A DNA stretch of 64,000 nucleotides from positions 35,433 through 99,432 of the forward strand of contig CAKTNQ010000001.1 of assembly GCA_934589185.1 (NCBI GenBank). Reading direction: 5' to 3'. The position numbers and the translations under genes were made by a program. Shown piece after piece: positions 19,340-27,938 of this stretch. The notes below the pieces were generated by a model that saw only the letters and a list, made by a program, of their open reading frames with translations, did no database searches and was not told where the DNA came from. The stretch is from an uncultured Oscillospiraceae bacterium (GTDB taxonomy: Bacteria; Bacillota; Clostridia; Oscillospirales; Oscillospiraceae). The stretch's first letter is position 1, and each line of letters opens with the position of its first letter.

Positions 19340-20920
19340 ATGTGTTCCATCATCGGTTATCTCGGCTCGTCCATCTCTGCGCAGGATCTGCGCGCCGGCT
19401 TTGACAAGACCATTTCCCGCGGCCCGGACGATACGCGCATGCTCCACATCGGCGCGGCGACGCTCGGCTTCCACCGTCTGGCCATCATGGGCCTGCACCC
19501 GGAGGGCATGCAGCCGTTCACGCGCGATGGCAGCGCGCTCGTGTGCAACGGCGAGATCTATGGCTTCCGGCCCATCCGCGAGCGGCTCATCGCCGAGGGC
19601 GAGACGTTCGAGAGCGAGTCCGACTGTGAGATCCTGCTCCCGCTCTATGAGCGCGAGGGGCTGGACATGTTCCGCGCCCTCGACGCGGAGTTTGCCATGG
19701 TCATTTATGACGCCAAGCGCGGCGGCCTCGTCGCGGCGCGCGACCCCATCGGCATCCGCCCGCTGTACTACGGCTATGACGCCGAGGGCGCGATCGTCTT
19801 TGCCAGCGAGGCGAAAAACCTCGTCGGCCTTGTGTACGATGTGATGCCGTTTCCTCCCGGACACTATTATGCCGACGGCAAGTTCACCTGCTACCGCGAC
19901 ATGACGCAGGTCGATGCCGTCTGCGAGGACGATCTCGAGACCGTCTGCGCCCACATCCGCGAAAAGCTCATCGCCGGTGTGGAGAAGCGGCTCGATGCCG
20001 ACGCGCCGCTCGGCTTCCTGCTCTCCGGCGGTCTGGACAGCAGCCTCGTGTGCGCCATCTCGGCAAAGCTGCTCAAAAAGCCCATCCGCACGTTCGCTAT
20101 CGGCATGCGTGCCGATGCCATCGACCTCAAGTACGCCCGCGAGGTGGCGGAGTATCTGCACGCCGACCACACCGAGGTCATCATCACGCCCGAGGACGTC
20201 ATTCAGGCGCTCCCGGAGGTCGTGGCGCTGCTCGGCACCTATGACATCACGACCATCCGCGCGAGCATCGGCATGTACCTTGTCTGCAAGGCCATCCACG
20301 AGCAGACCGACCTGCGCGTGCTGCTCACGGGCGAGATCTCCGATGAGCTCTTCGGCTACAAGTATACCGACTTTGCGCCCAGCCCGGCGGCATTTCAGGA
20401 GGAATCCGCCAAGCGCATCCGCGAGCTGCATATGTACGATGTCCTGCGTGCCGACCGCTGCATCTCCGTCAACAGTCTGGAGGCCCGCGTGCCGTTCGGC
20501 GATCTGGACTTCGTGCAGTATGTCATGTCCATTGACCCGGCCAAGAAGTGCAACGTCTATGGCAAGGGCAAGTATCTGCTGCGCCACGCCTTTGAGGGCG
20601 ACTGGCTGCCGCACGATATCCTCATGCGCGAGAAGGCCGCCTTCAGCGACGCGGTCGGTCACTCCATGGTCGACGATCTCAAGGCCTACGCCGAGCAGAA
20701 GTACACGGACGAGGAATTCGAGACTCTGCGCCGGAAGTACGACTTTGCGCAGCCGTTCACCAAGGAATCTCTGCTCTACCGTGAGCTGTTCGAGCAGTAT
20801 TACCCCGGTCAGGCGCACATGATCGCCGATTTCTGGATGCCGAACAAGTCGTGGGCCGGCTGCGACGTGGACGATCCGTCTGCGCGCGTGCTCGCAAACT
20901 ACGGCGACAGCGGAAAGTGA
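19340..20920 (+). CDS. asnB: asparagine synthase (glutamine-hydrolysing)
   Basis: Ntn Cys2 (MCSIIGY), PP-loop LSGGLDSS, 526 aa. AGGAGG SD at 19326-19331. Confidence 0.9.
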   Translation: MCSIIGYLGSSISAQDLRAGFDKTISRGPDDTRMLHIGAATLGFHRLAIMGLHPEGMQPFTRDGSALVCNGEIYGFRPIRERLIAEGETFESESDCEILLPLYEREGLDMFRALDAEFAMVIYDAKRGGLVAARDPIGIRPLYYGYDAEGAIVFASEAKNLVGLVYDVMPFPPGHYYADGKFTCYRDMTQVDAVCEDDLETVCAHIREKLIAGVEKRLDADAPLGFLLSGGLDSSLVCAISAKLLKKPIRTFAIGMRADAIDLKYAREVAEYLHADHTEVIITPEDVIQALPEVVALLGTYDITTIRASIGMYLVCKAIHEQTDLRVLLTGEISDELFGYKYTDFAPSPAAFQEESAKRIRELHMYDVLRADRCISVNSLEARVPFGDLDFVQYVMSIDPAKKCNVYGKGKYLLRHAFEGDWLPHDILMREKAAFSDAVGHSMVDDLKAYAEQKYTDEEFETLRRKYDFAQPFTKESLLYRELFEQYYPGQAHMIADFWMPNKSWAGCDVDDPSARVLANYGDSGK

Positions 20921-20927
20921 GGAGAAC

Positions 20928-21536
20928 ATGGACGACAATGCGCTGCGCATCCGCGCCGCGCGCCTGAGCGATGCGCCTGCGCTGCGCGCGATCTACGCGC
21001 CGTATGTGGAAAAGACGGCCATCACATTCGAGTACACCGTGCCGGATGTCGAGGAATTTGCCGCGCGCATGCGCGCCACGCTCCGCCGGTATCCGTATCT
21101 GGTCGCGGAGCGCGGCGGTGAGCTCGTCGGTTACGCTTACGCCGGGCCGTTCGGCACCCGCGCCGCCTATGACTGGGCGGTGGAGATGAGCATCTACCTG
21201 CGCGAGGATCAGCGGCATCAGGGCACCGGCAGGCGGCTGTATGCCGCGCTCGAGGCGGTGCTGCGCGCGCAGAATGTTCAGAATCTCTACGCCTGCATCG
21301 GCTACCCGGACGGGGCGGACGATGCGCACCTGACGAAAAACAGCGCACAGTTTCATGCGCACCTCGGCTACCGGCTCGTCGGGGAATTTTCGCGCTGCGG
21401 GTATAAATTCGGCACATGGTACTCCATGGTCTGGATGGAAAAGAGCATCGGCGCGCACGGAGAAAGCCCCGCGCCCGTGCGCCCGTTCCCGGAGCTCAGC
21501 CCGGCAGAGCTCGACGCAATTTTGGATCAAGCATAA
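20928..21536 (+). CDS. GNAT N-acetyltransferase (phosphinothricin/MSO acetyltransferase-like)
   Basis: 202 aa. IRAARLSDAPALRAIYAPYVEKTAITFEYTVP and RHQGTGRRLYAALE (acetyl-CoA site) resemble the PAT/MddA subfamily. 7-nt gap after asnB. Confidence 0.75.
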   Translation: MDDNALRIRAARLSDAPALRAIYAPYVEKTAITFEYTVPDVEEFAARMRATLRRYPYLVAERGGELVGYAYAGPFGTRAAYDWAVEMSIYLREDQRHQGTGRRLYAALEAVLRAQNVQNLYACIGYPDGADDAHLTKNSAQFHAHLGYRLVGEFSRCGYKFGTWYSMVWMEKSIGAHGESPAPVRPFPELSPAELDAILDQA

Positions 21537-21580
21537 AAAACGGACCGTTTCCGCCTTGGAAACGGTCCGTACTTTTTTTA
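21535..21580. terminator. bidirectional terminator
   Basis: aaaaaacggaccgtttcc / ggaaacggtccgt plus ttttttt, between convergent genes. Confidence 0.75.
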
Positions 21581-22489
21581 TCGCTTTTGCAGCAGCTCAT
21601 ATGCGCTCAGCAGCATCTGCGCCGCCTCGGCGCGCGTGATGGACGCCGCGCAGTCGCTGCCGTCCGGATACACGCCGCAGGACGTCAGGCTCGACACGGC
21701 GGCGCATGCCCACGCGGGGATATTGTCGCTCTCGAGCGCGGCGGCGGGGGAGGGGTCGAGGAAGTTGCAGAGCATCACGGCCGCCTCGGCCGCCGTGATA
21801 CCGCGCTGCGCGTCGAACACGATCGCTGTGCCATCGGAGCAGCCGGCGATGTCGCCGTTCATGACCGCGGTCGCAACATAGGTCTTGGCCCAGGCCGGGA
21901 TCTGCTCGTCGTCGCCGAAGCCGGTCGAGAGCACACCCTGCAGCATCGAAGTGCCGGTCAGGCGCGTGCACATGGCGAGAAATTCATCGCGCGGCATCGG
22001 GCTGTCGGGGTCGAAGAGATACTGTCCGCCGACCTGCCGGCCGACGCACAGCCCCTGCTCGGCGAGCATGACGGCGGCGTATTCCTCCGGCCGGCCGGCC
22101 ATGTCGCTGTAGGTGACGTCCGGCTTCTGCTTCTTGATGGAGATGATGACGGTCGCCTCCTGCGATTCGTTGCCGCTGCTGTCGGCGGCGCGGAAGCCGA
22201 AGTAGTCGCGCCCGCGCTTGCCGTCGGCGGGCGTGTAGACGAACGTGCCGCTGTCGGTGAGCGTCACGGTGCCCTTGATGGGTTCGGTCGTGATGCGGAA
22301 GGTGAGCGGGCTGCCGTCAGGCGCATTGGCGCTGAGCGTGCCGCCGATGGACGTGTTGCGGAATGTGGTCAGCTCCAGATTTTCGGCCACGGGCGCGGCA
22401 CTGGCGGTGTCCTGCTCGGCAAAACCTGCCGGGACGAGCGCCGCACACAGCGCCAGCGCGCACACGGCCGCAAGAATTTTCTGCTTCAT
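21578..22489 (-). CDS. secreted protein: Ig/cadherin-like domain plus SLH domains
   Basis: Signal peptide MKQKILAAVCALALCAALVPAGFA. N-terminal beta-rich domain (GTVTLTDSGTFVYTPADGKRGRDYFGFRAADSSG). C-terminal SLH-like repeats. Confidence 0.7.
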   Translation of the reverse strand: MKQKILAAVCALALCAALVPAGFAEQDTASAAPVAENLELTTFRNTSIGGTLSANAPDGSPLTFRITTEPIKGTVTLTDSGTFVYTPADGKRGRDYFGFRAADSSGNESQEATVIISIKKQKPDVTYSDMAGRPEEYAAVMLAEQGLCVGRQVGGQYLFDPDSPMPRDEFLAMCTRLTGTSMLQGVLSTGFGDDEQIPAWAKTYVATAVMNGDIAGCSDGTAIVFDAQRGITAAEAAVMLCNFLDPSPAAALESDNIPAWACAAVSSLTSCGVYPDGSDCAASITRAEAAQMLLSAYELLQKR

Positions 22490-22500
22490 ATTGCAAAACC

Positions 22501-22536
22501 TCCGTGCAAATGTAGGCTGCTCCTAGTTTGCACGGA
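22501..22536 (-). terminator. hairpin between the ABC transporter and the SLH gene
   Basis: tccgtgcaaa / tttgcacgga arms. On the minus strand it is followed by GGUUUUG, and its 3' arm overlaps the GGAGG SD of the downstream SLH gene. Confidence 0.4.
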
Positions 22537-22561
22537 GGTGGTGGAAATATGCGTTTTGGCC

Positions 22562-25504
22562 TTACTCGGTCCGCAGGGCGACGACCGGGTCTTTTTTCGC
22601 AGCCATGCCCGACGGGATGAGACCCGCGATGAACGTCAGCGCCATGCTGATGAGGATCAGCAAGATCGCGCCGAGCACCGGCAAGATGGCGCTCAGGGTC
22701 GGCAGACCGGTCAGATGGTGTACAATGAGGTTGATGGGGATCAGCAAGATCAGCGTACATAGGATGCCCATCACGCCGGCTGTGAAGCCCTCGATGAGCG
22801 TCTCGGCATTGAACACGCGCGAGATGTCCTGCTTGCTCGCGCCGATAGAGCGCAGGATGCCGATCTCCTTCGTGCGCTCGAGCACGGAGATGTAGGTGAT
22901 GATGCCGATCATGATCGATGACACGACGAGCGAGATGGCCACGAAGCCGATGAGCACATAGCTGATGGCGTTGATGATCGTCGTGATGCTGCTCATGAGC
23001 AGGCCGACATAGTCGGTGTAGCTGATCTGGTCGTCCTCGGCGGCGCCGGCATTGTAGTCGTCGATGCACGCGGAGATCTGGTCCTTGTTTTCAAAGCTCG
23101 AGGCGTAGATGTTGATGGCGCTGGGGGAGTCCTTATCGACGTAGCCGAGCTTTTTCAGGTTGCTGTTGTAGGTCGAGCCGCTTGCCGCTGAGGCGACATA
23201 GTTGTCGTACACGTCCGCATACTGGCTGCGGCTGATGCCCTTGGCGTTGATGGCCGAGATGATCTCCTGCGAGGTCATGCCGCTGTAGGCCTTGGCGGTC
23301 TCCTGCTGCATCTGCATGGAGAGGATCGCACGCATGTACGGCCGGAAGAAGCGGATGAACGTCTCATCATCCATGGCGTCGATCATTTCCTTCATCTGCT
23401 GCGCGGTCTTGCCGCTGGCCTCGAAGATGCCGTTGTCGGCCATCTCTTTGGCGTCGTCGCGGGTGAAGGTGGCCATGGTCTGCGTGAGCGCGGCGTCGAG
23501 TGTGGCGTCGTCCGGCGTGGTCATGCACTTGCGGTAAACGGTCGCGCGGTCATCGATGCTCAGTTTGTTCAGATAGGCCTGCGCGGCGGCGACCTTCTGG
23601 TCGGTCGTGGCGGTCGCGGCGTTCGGGAACGCGGAGCCGGTGAATACGTCCACATCCGGATTCGCAAGCTGCTTCTGGATGATCTCGGTGCTGTCAGCCT
23701 GCTCGATGGCGTAGTCCGTCAGGGCGGAGGTATAGCCGATGGAGCCGTAGGTGTTGCCGGTTACACTGCCCTTGGCCGGGCGCACGATGCCGACGATCTT
23801 GAGCTGTACGCCGACGGAATCGTTGTTGTAGAGCTGGCGCAGGCCGTCCGCCGTCTGGCTGATGTCCGTGTAGCCGGAGCCGCTGGCCACATAGCCCTCC
23901 GACGGGAGAATGAGTTTGAAGCTGCGGCCGCACAGATCTTCATAGCTCCAGCTGTTTTGCGTCGTGTCGATCTGCTGCTTGCTCATGGACTGCATCATGG
24001 CGCTGCTGATGTCGTCCATGCTCTCGAGTCCGAGGGCGTAGAGCGTCAGGTCGGAGATCTCGTTGTTTTTGTCCACCACGAGCACGACCTCGTTGTAATT
24101 CTGCGGCCAGGCGCCGTAGATCACGTCGTACTGATTCTGCGTCGAGGGGCTCACGAGCTCGCCGTCCTCGCCGGAGAGCAGCTCCTGCCAGACGTTGAAG
24201 CCGGAGTAGAAGCCGTCCATGGACTCAAAGTAGGACGAGTAGTCGCCGCCGTACATGGACTTCATGACGTTTTGCAGCAGCTCGGTCGTGTCGGCCTTGA
24301 TGACGGTGCCGTTGGGGTCCTCGGTGTAGACGGCGAAGCCCATGTCATACGTGTACTGGATGCCGCTGATATAGTCATGGATCTTGTTGTCGGGGTTTTC
24401 GAGATATTTCTTGAACTCCGGCAGGTTGTTCGACTGGCCGGTCGCGCTGCTGACCATGGAGTTGAGCATGCTGTACATGACCGTGTTGGCGTAGACCTTG
24501 TCGAGGTCGTGCGCGTCCTTGTCGTCATCCTTTGTGCCCGACATGGCCGAGAGCATCCCGGACATGTCGACGGGGTTTGCCTCGATCGTCAGCGGGTAGG
24601 ACGAGAGCGTCTGCTCCTGCACGGTGTCGATGTACGACTGAAAGCCGTGCGAGAGCGACAAAATGAGCGCAATGCCGATGATGCCGATGGACCCCGCGAA
24701 CGCGGTGAGCAGGGTGCGGGCCTTTTTCGTCATGAGGTTGTGCAGCGACAGGCTCATGGCCGTTGCAAAGCTCATGGAGGTGTGCTCCTTGACCTTGGTG
24801 GTCACGGGCGCGGACGTCTCGGATTCCGTGCACGGATTGTCGTCGCCGACGATCCTGCCGTCGAGCAGGCGCACGGTGCGCGTGGCGTATTTCGATGCCA
24901 GCTCCGGGTTGTGCGTGACCATGATGATGAGCTTATCTTTTGCGATCTCCTGCAGCAGATTCATGATCTGCACGCTCGTCTCGCTGTCGAGCGCGCCGGT
25001 CGGTTCGTCGGCGAGCAGGATGTCGGGATTGTTGACGATGGCGCGCGCGATGGCCACGCGCTGCATCTGGCCGCCGGACATCTGGTTCGGCGCCTTGTCG
25101 AGCTGGTCGCCCAGGCCGACCTTTTCCAGCGCCTCGACGGCGCGCGCGCGCCGCTCCTCACCGGAGACGCCCGAGAGCGTCAGCGCGAGCTCGACATTTG
25201 CCAGCACGCTCTGGTGTGGGATGAGGTTGTAGCTCTGAAAGACAAAGCCGATGGAGTGGTTGCGGTATGTGTCCCAGTCGCGGTCGTCGTACTCCTTCGT
25301 GGAGCGGCCGTTGATGATAAGGTCGCCGGAGGTGTAGCGGTCCAGACCGCCGATGATGTTCAGCAGCGTGGTCTTGCCGCAGCCGGACTGGCCCAGAATC
25401 GCAACGAACTCGCTCTCACGAAAGGCGATGTTGATGCCCTTGAGCGCCTCGACCTGCGTCGTACCGGCCTCGTAGACCTTGGTGATGTTTTTCAGTTCCA
25501 GCAT
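22562..25504 (-). CDS. fused ABC transporter: ATPase + large extracytoplasmic domain + FtsX/MacB-type permease
   Basis: 980 aa. Walker A GQSGCGKTT, signature MSGGQMQRVAIARA, Walker B LLADEPT. One TM, then a ~550-aa soluble region, then a C-terminal 3-TM FtsX domain. Confidence 0.85.
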   Translation of the reverse strand: MLELKNITKVYEAGTTQVEALKGINIAFRESEFVAILGQSGCGKTTLLNIIGGLDRYTSGDLIINGRSTKEYDDRDWDTYRNHSIGFVFQSYNLIPHQSVLANVELALTLSGVSGEERRARAVEALEKVGLGDQLDKAPNQMSGGQMQRVAIARAIVNNPDILLADEPTGALDSETSVQIMNLLQEIAKDKLIIMVTHNPELASKYATRTVRLLDGRIVGDDNPCTESETSAPVTTKVKEHTSMSFATAMSLSLHNLMTKKARTLLTAFAGSIGIIGIALILSLSHGFQSYIDTVQEQTLSSYPLTIEANPVDMSGMLSAMSGTKDDDKDAHDLDKVYANTVMYSMLNSMVSSATGQSNNLPEFKKYLENPDNKIHDYISGIQYTYDMGFAVYTEDPNGTVIKADTTELLQNVMKSMYGGDYSSYFESMDGFYSGFNVWQELLSGEDGELVSPSTQNQYDVIYGAWPQNYNEVVLVVDKNNEISDLTLYALGLESMDDISSAMMQSMSKQQIDTTQNSWSYEDLCGRSFKLILPSEGYVASGSGYTDISQTADGLRQLYNNDSVGVQLKIVGIVRPAKGSVTGNTYGSIGYTSALTDYAIEQADSTEIIQKQLANPDVDVFTGSAFPNAATATTDQKVAAAQAYLNKLSIDDRATVYRKCMTTPDDATLDAALTQTMATFTRDDAKEMADNGIFEASGKTAQQMKEMIDAMDDETFIRFFRPYMRAILSMQMQQETAKAYSGMTSQEIISAINAKGISRSQYADVYDNYVASAASGSTYNSNLKKLGYVDKDSPSAINIYASSFENKDQISACIDDYNAGAAEDDQISYTDYVGLLMSSITTIINAISYVLIGFVAISLVVSSIMIGIITYISVLERTKEIGILRSIGASKQDISRVFNAETLIEGFTAGVMGILCTLILLIPINLIVHHLTGLPTLSAILPVLGAILLILISMALTFIAGLIPSGMAAKKDPVVALRTE

Positions 25505-25548
25505 GGATGGGATGCTCCTTTATATGGATGCCGTGCGGCGGCACGGCC

Positions 25549-25562
25549 TTAGTATATACTAA
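25549..25562. promoter_or_regulatory. 14-bp perfect palindrome TTAGTATATACTAA upstream of the ABC transporter
   Basis: Read directly from the sequence. It is adjacent to the GC hairpin gccgtgc-ggcg-gcacggc (25530-25547), in the divergent ABC/trkA intergenic region. Confidence 0.3.
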
Positions 25563-25688
25563 TTAAAAATGTATTAGGACATAATGATAAGCGCCGCACC
25601 GGCATCCGTCAAGCGGCAGCGCGTCGGTTTCGCTGAATTTTTACTGTTTATTCACAAAGAACACAATACAATTTCCCTGCGTCTGCTG

Positions 25689-25717
25689 TTGAAACCTGGG
25701 GGAATATCTGCTATAAT
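25689..25717 (+). promoter_or_regulatory. promoter for trkA
   Basis: TTGAAA (25689-25694), 17-nt spacer, TATAAT (25712-25717). Confidence 0.45.
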
Positions 25718-25769
25718 ATTTGGCTGCCCGGGTAAGGGGCCTGAACATAATAAATGGAGAGCTTGGAAT

Positions 25770-27125
25770 ATGAAAATTGTGATCGTGGGCGCTGGCCGCG
25801 TGGGCTATGCCATTGCGGAGCAGCTCCTGACAGAAGGGCATGACGTCACCGTCGTCGAGAGCGACCCGGAGCGCGCCGCCTATATTTCCTCCACGCTGGA
25901 TGTGATCGTGGTCGAGGGCCGCGCGAATGTGGACCAGCTGCGCATCGCCAACGTTGCTGACGCCGATCTGCTCATCGCCGCGACGACTTCGGACGAGACG
26001 AACCTCATCAGCTGCATGGTCGGGCGCAAGCTCGGCGCCACGCATACGATCGCGCGCGTGCGCGACGAGGAGTATTACCAGGACGTGGTGCTGCTGCAGG
26101 ATGAGCTGGGGCTGAGTCTGTCCATCAACCCCGAGCGCACCTCCGCCAAGGAGATCTCGCGCACGCTGCGTTTCCCGGCCGCCACGAAGGTCGAGCCGTT
26201 TGCCAACGGCCTCGTGGAGCTCGTAGAGTTCAAGCTGCGCGAGGGCAGCAAGCTCGATGGCCTGCGCCTGAACGACTTTCGCGGCCGCTACAGCGACGGC
26301 ATCCTCATCTGCGCCGTGGAGCGCGAGGGCAGCGTCACGATCCCGAACGGCGACTTTGTGCTCGCCGCCGGGGACTATGTCACTGTGGTCGGTGCGCCGC
26401 ATGAGCTGCACGAGCTGTTTCGCAAGATCGGCGAGTTCCGCCACGAGGCCGAGAGCGTCCTCATCGTCGGCGGCGGCCGCATTGCCGAGCGGCTGGCGCT
26501 GGAGCTGGCGCGCATGCACATCCACTCGACGATCATCGAGCGCGACCCGGCCCGCTGCCGCGTCATGAAAACGCTCCTGCCGGAGGCAACCATCATCTGC
26601 GCCGACGGCACGAAGCCGGACGTTCTGCGCGAGGAGGGCCTGCCGGAGGCGGACGCGCTCGTCACGCTCACGGAGTCGGACGAGACGAACCTGATTATTT
26701 CCTCCTTTGCCTATCACGAGCAGGTGCCGAAGATCGTCACAAAGGTGGATGAGGATAACTTCATCGAGCTTGCGGAATCGTATGGCCTGACGACGATCAT
26801 CCAGCCGGCGGATGTGACGGCCGGCCGCATTGTGGAGTATGTCCGCTGGATGCAGAACTCCGCGCACAGCAGCGGCGTGGAGACGCTGCGCATGGTGGCC
26901 GACGGACAGGCCGAGGCGCTGGAATTCATCGTGCGCGCCGAGAGCCAGTTCCTCGATGTGCCGCTCAAGGCGCTCAAGCTCAAGGACTCCGTGCTCGTCG
27001 CCTCGATCATCCGCCGCGGCAAGTGCCGCGTCCCGTCCGGCAACGACGCCATCGAGCTCGGCGACCGCGTGGTCGTCGTCACCACCAACCATGGTATGCA
27101 CGAGTTGAAGGACATTCTGAAATAA
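25770..27125 (+). CDS. trkA: Trk-system K+ uptake protein TrkA (two RCK/NAD-binding modules)
   Basis: ORF 25584-27125, start moved to ATG 25770 (GGAGA SD). MKIVIVGAGRVG and a second VLIVGGGRIA Rossmann motif. Confidence 0.9.
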   Translation: MKIVIVGAGRVGYAIAEQLLTEGHDVTVVESDPERAAYISSTLDVIVVEGRANVDQLRIANVADADLLIAATTSDETNLISCMVGRKLGATHTIARVRDEEYYQDVVLLQDELGLSLSINPERTSAKEISRTLRFPAATKVEPFANGLVELVEFKLREGSKLDGLRLNDFRGRYSDGILICAVEREGSVTIPNGDFVLAAGDYVTVVGAPHELHELFRKIGEFRHEAESVLIVGGGRIAERLALELARMHIHSTIIERDPARCRVMKTLLPEATIICADGTKPDVLREEGLPEADALVTLTESDETNLIISSFAYHEQVPKIVTKVDEDNFIELAESYGLTTIIQPADVTAGRIVEYVRWMQNSAHSSGVETLRMVADGQAEALEFIVRAESQFLDVPLKALKLKDSVLVASIIRRGKCRVPSGNDAIELGDRVVVVTTNHGMHELKDILK

Positions 27126-27138
27126 CTGCGGAAAAACC

Positions 27139-27172
27139 AGCCGCCGCTCCCCGATGGGGAGCGGCGGCTTTG
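27139..27172. terminator. terminator between trkA and the MBL hydrolase gene
   Basis: agccgccgctcccc-gat-ggggagcggcggct, a 14-bp stem. Confidence 0.7.
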
Positions 27173-27184
27173 TCGTATCGTATT

Positions 27185-27817
27185 TTATTCCGGGCGGCGG
27201 AAGATGACGACCTGTGCCGGTGTGTCCGGCGTGAGCGTCATGCGGTTGGTGTCGTAGCGTTGGACATTTGCGCCGTTGCCCTCAAAGATGTCGGTGAAAT
27301 CCTCCGGCGCGCGCAGGCGGTGGTTGCTGTGGCCGGGCGCCTGAAAGTGCATCGGGATGATGACGCGCGGCTGCAGCTGCTCGCAGAGGTAGTAGGCGGT
27401 GTCCGGCTCGATCGTGTAGATGCCGCCGACGGGGATCATCATCGCGTCGAGTCCCTGCAGCTGCTGCATCTGCTCGGGCGTGGGCTTCGCGCCCAGATCG
27501 CCCAGATGCGCCACGCGCATGCCCTCGGCGGCGAAGATGCGCACCGTGTTCATGCCGCGCAGGCGGCCGCGCATGATGTCGTGGTACGTCTCCAGCTCCG
27601 TGACGGCAAACGGGTTTGCCTTACCGGTGTTGCGCAGCGTGACCCCCTCGCGGAAATTGTGGTCGCGGTCCTCGTGGCTGATATAGGCGGCGTCCGCCGT
27701 CAACCGCACGTGGGGATAGGCCGTGCCGACGCTGGTGTCCTGAAACGGGTCAATGACGGCACTGTAGCCGCCGGAGACCAGTTCAAAGCAGGAATGGCCA
27801 TGCCAGATGATGTCCAT
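27185..27817 (-). CDS. MBL-fold metal-dependent hydrolase (UPF0173-like)
   Basis: ORF 27185-27877, start moved to ATG 27817 (MDIIWHGHSCFEL...). Contains HEDRDH and further His/Asp ligand positions. Confidence 0.75.
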   Translation of the reverse strand: MDIIWHGHSCFELVSGGYSAVIDPFQDTSVGTAYPHVRLTADAAYISHEDRDHNFREGVTLRNTGKANPFAVTELETYHDIMRGRLRGMNTVRIFAAEGMRVAHLGDLGAKPTPEQMQQLQGLDAMMIPVGGIYTIEPDTAYYLCEQLQPRVIIPMHFQAPGHSNHRLRAPEDFTDIFEGNGANVQRYDTNRMTLTPDTPAQVVIFRRPE

Positions 27818-27938
27818 AAGATGCACCTCGATCCTCAAATTTTTCTTTATTTTACTTCCGCATCCTGTGATTGTCAATCACCGCGTTTGGGCATGCGGGC
27901 CTTGTTTCCCGGGGGAAAATGTGTTAAAATCAGACGCT

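Noticed and set aside
16608-20950. Long minus-strand ORFs (827 aa at 16608-19091; 632 aa at 19052-20950) antisense to glnN and asnB.
   Set aside because: Same high-GC artefact. They also span intergenic regulatory regions (promoter, T-box), which real genes would not do.
25563-25769. Possible c-di-AMP (ydaO/kimA-type) or other K+-related riboswitch upstream of trkA. Also noted: no trkH next to trkA.
   Set aside because: The predicted promoter leaves only a ~45-nt leader, and I saw none of the conserved ydaO motif segments. trkA and trkH are often unlinked, so this is not noteworthy.
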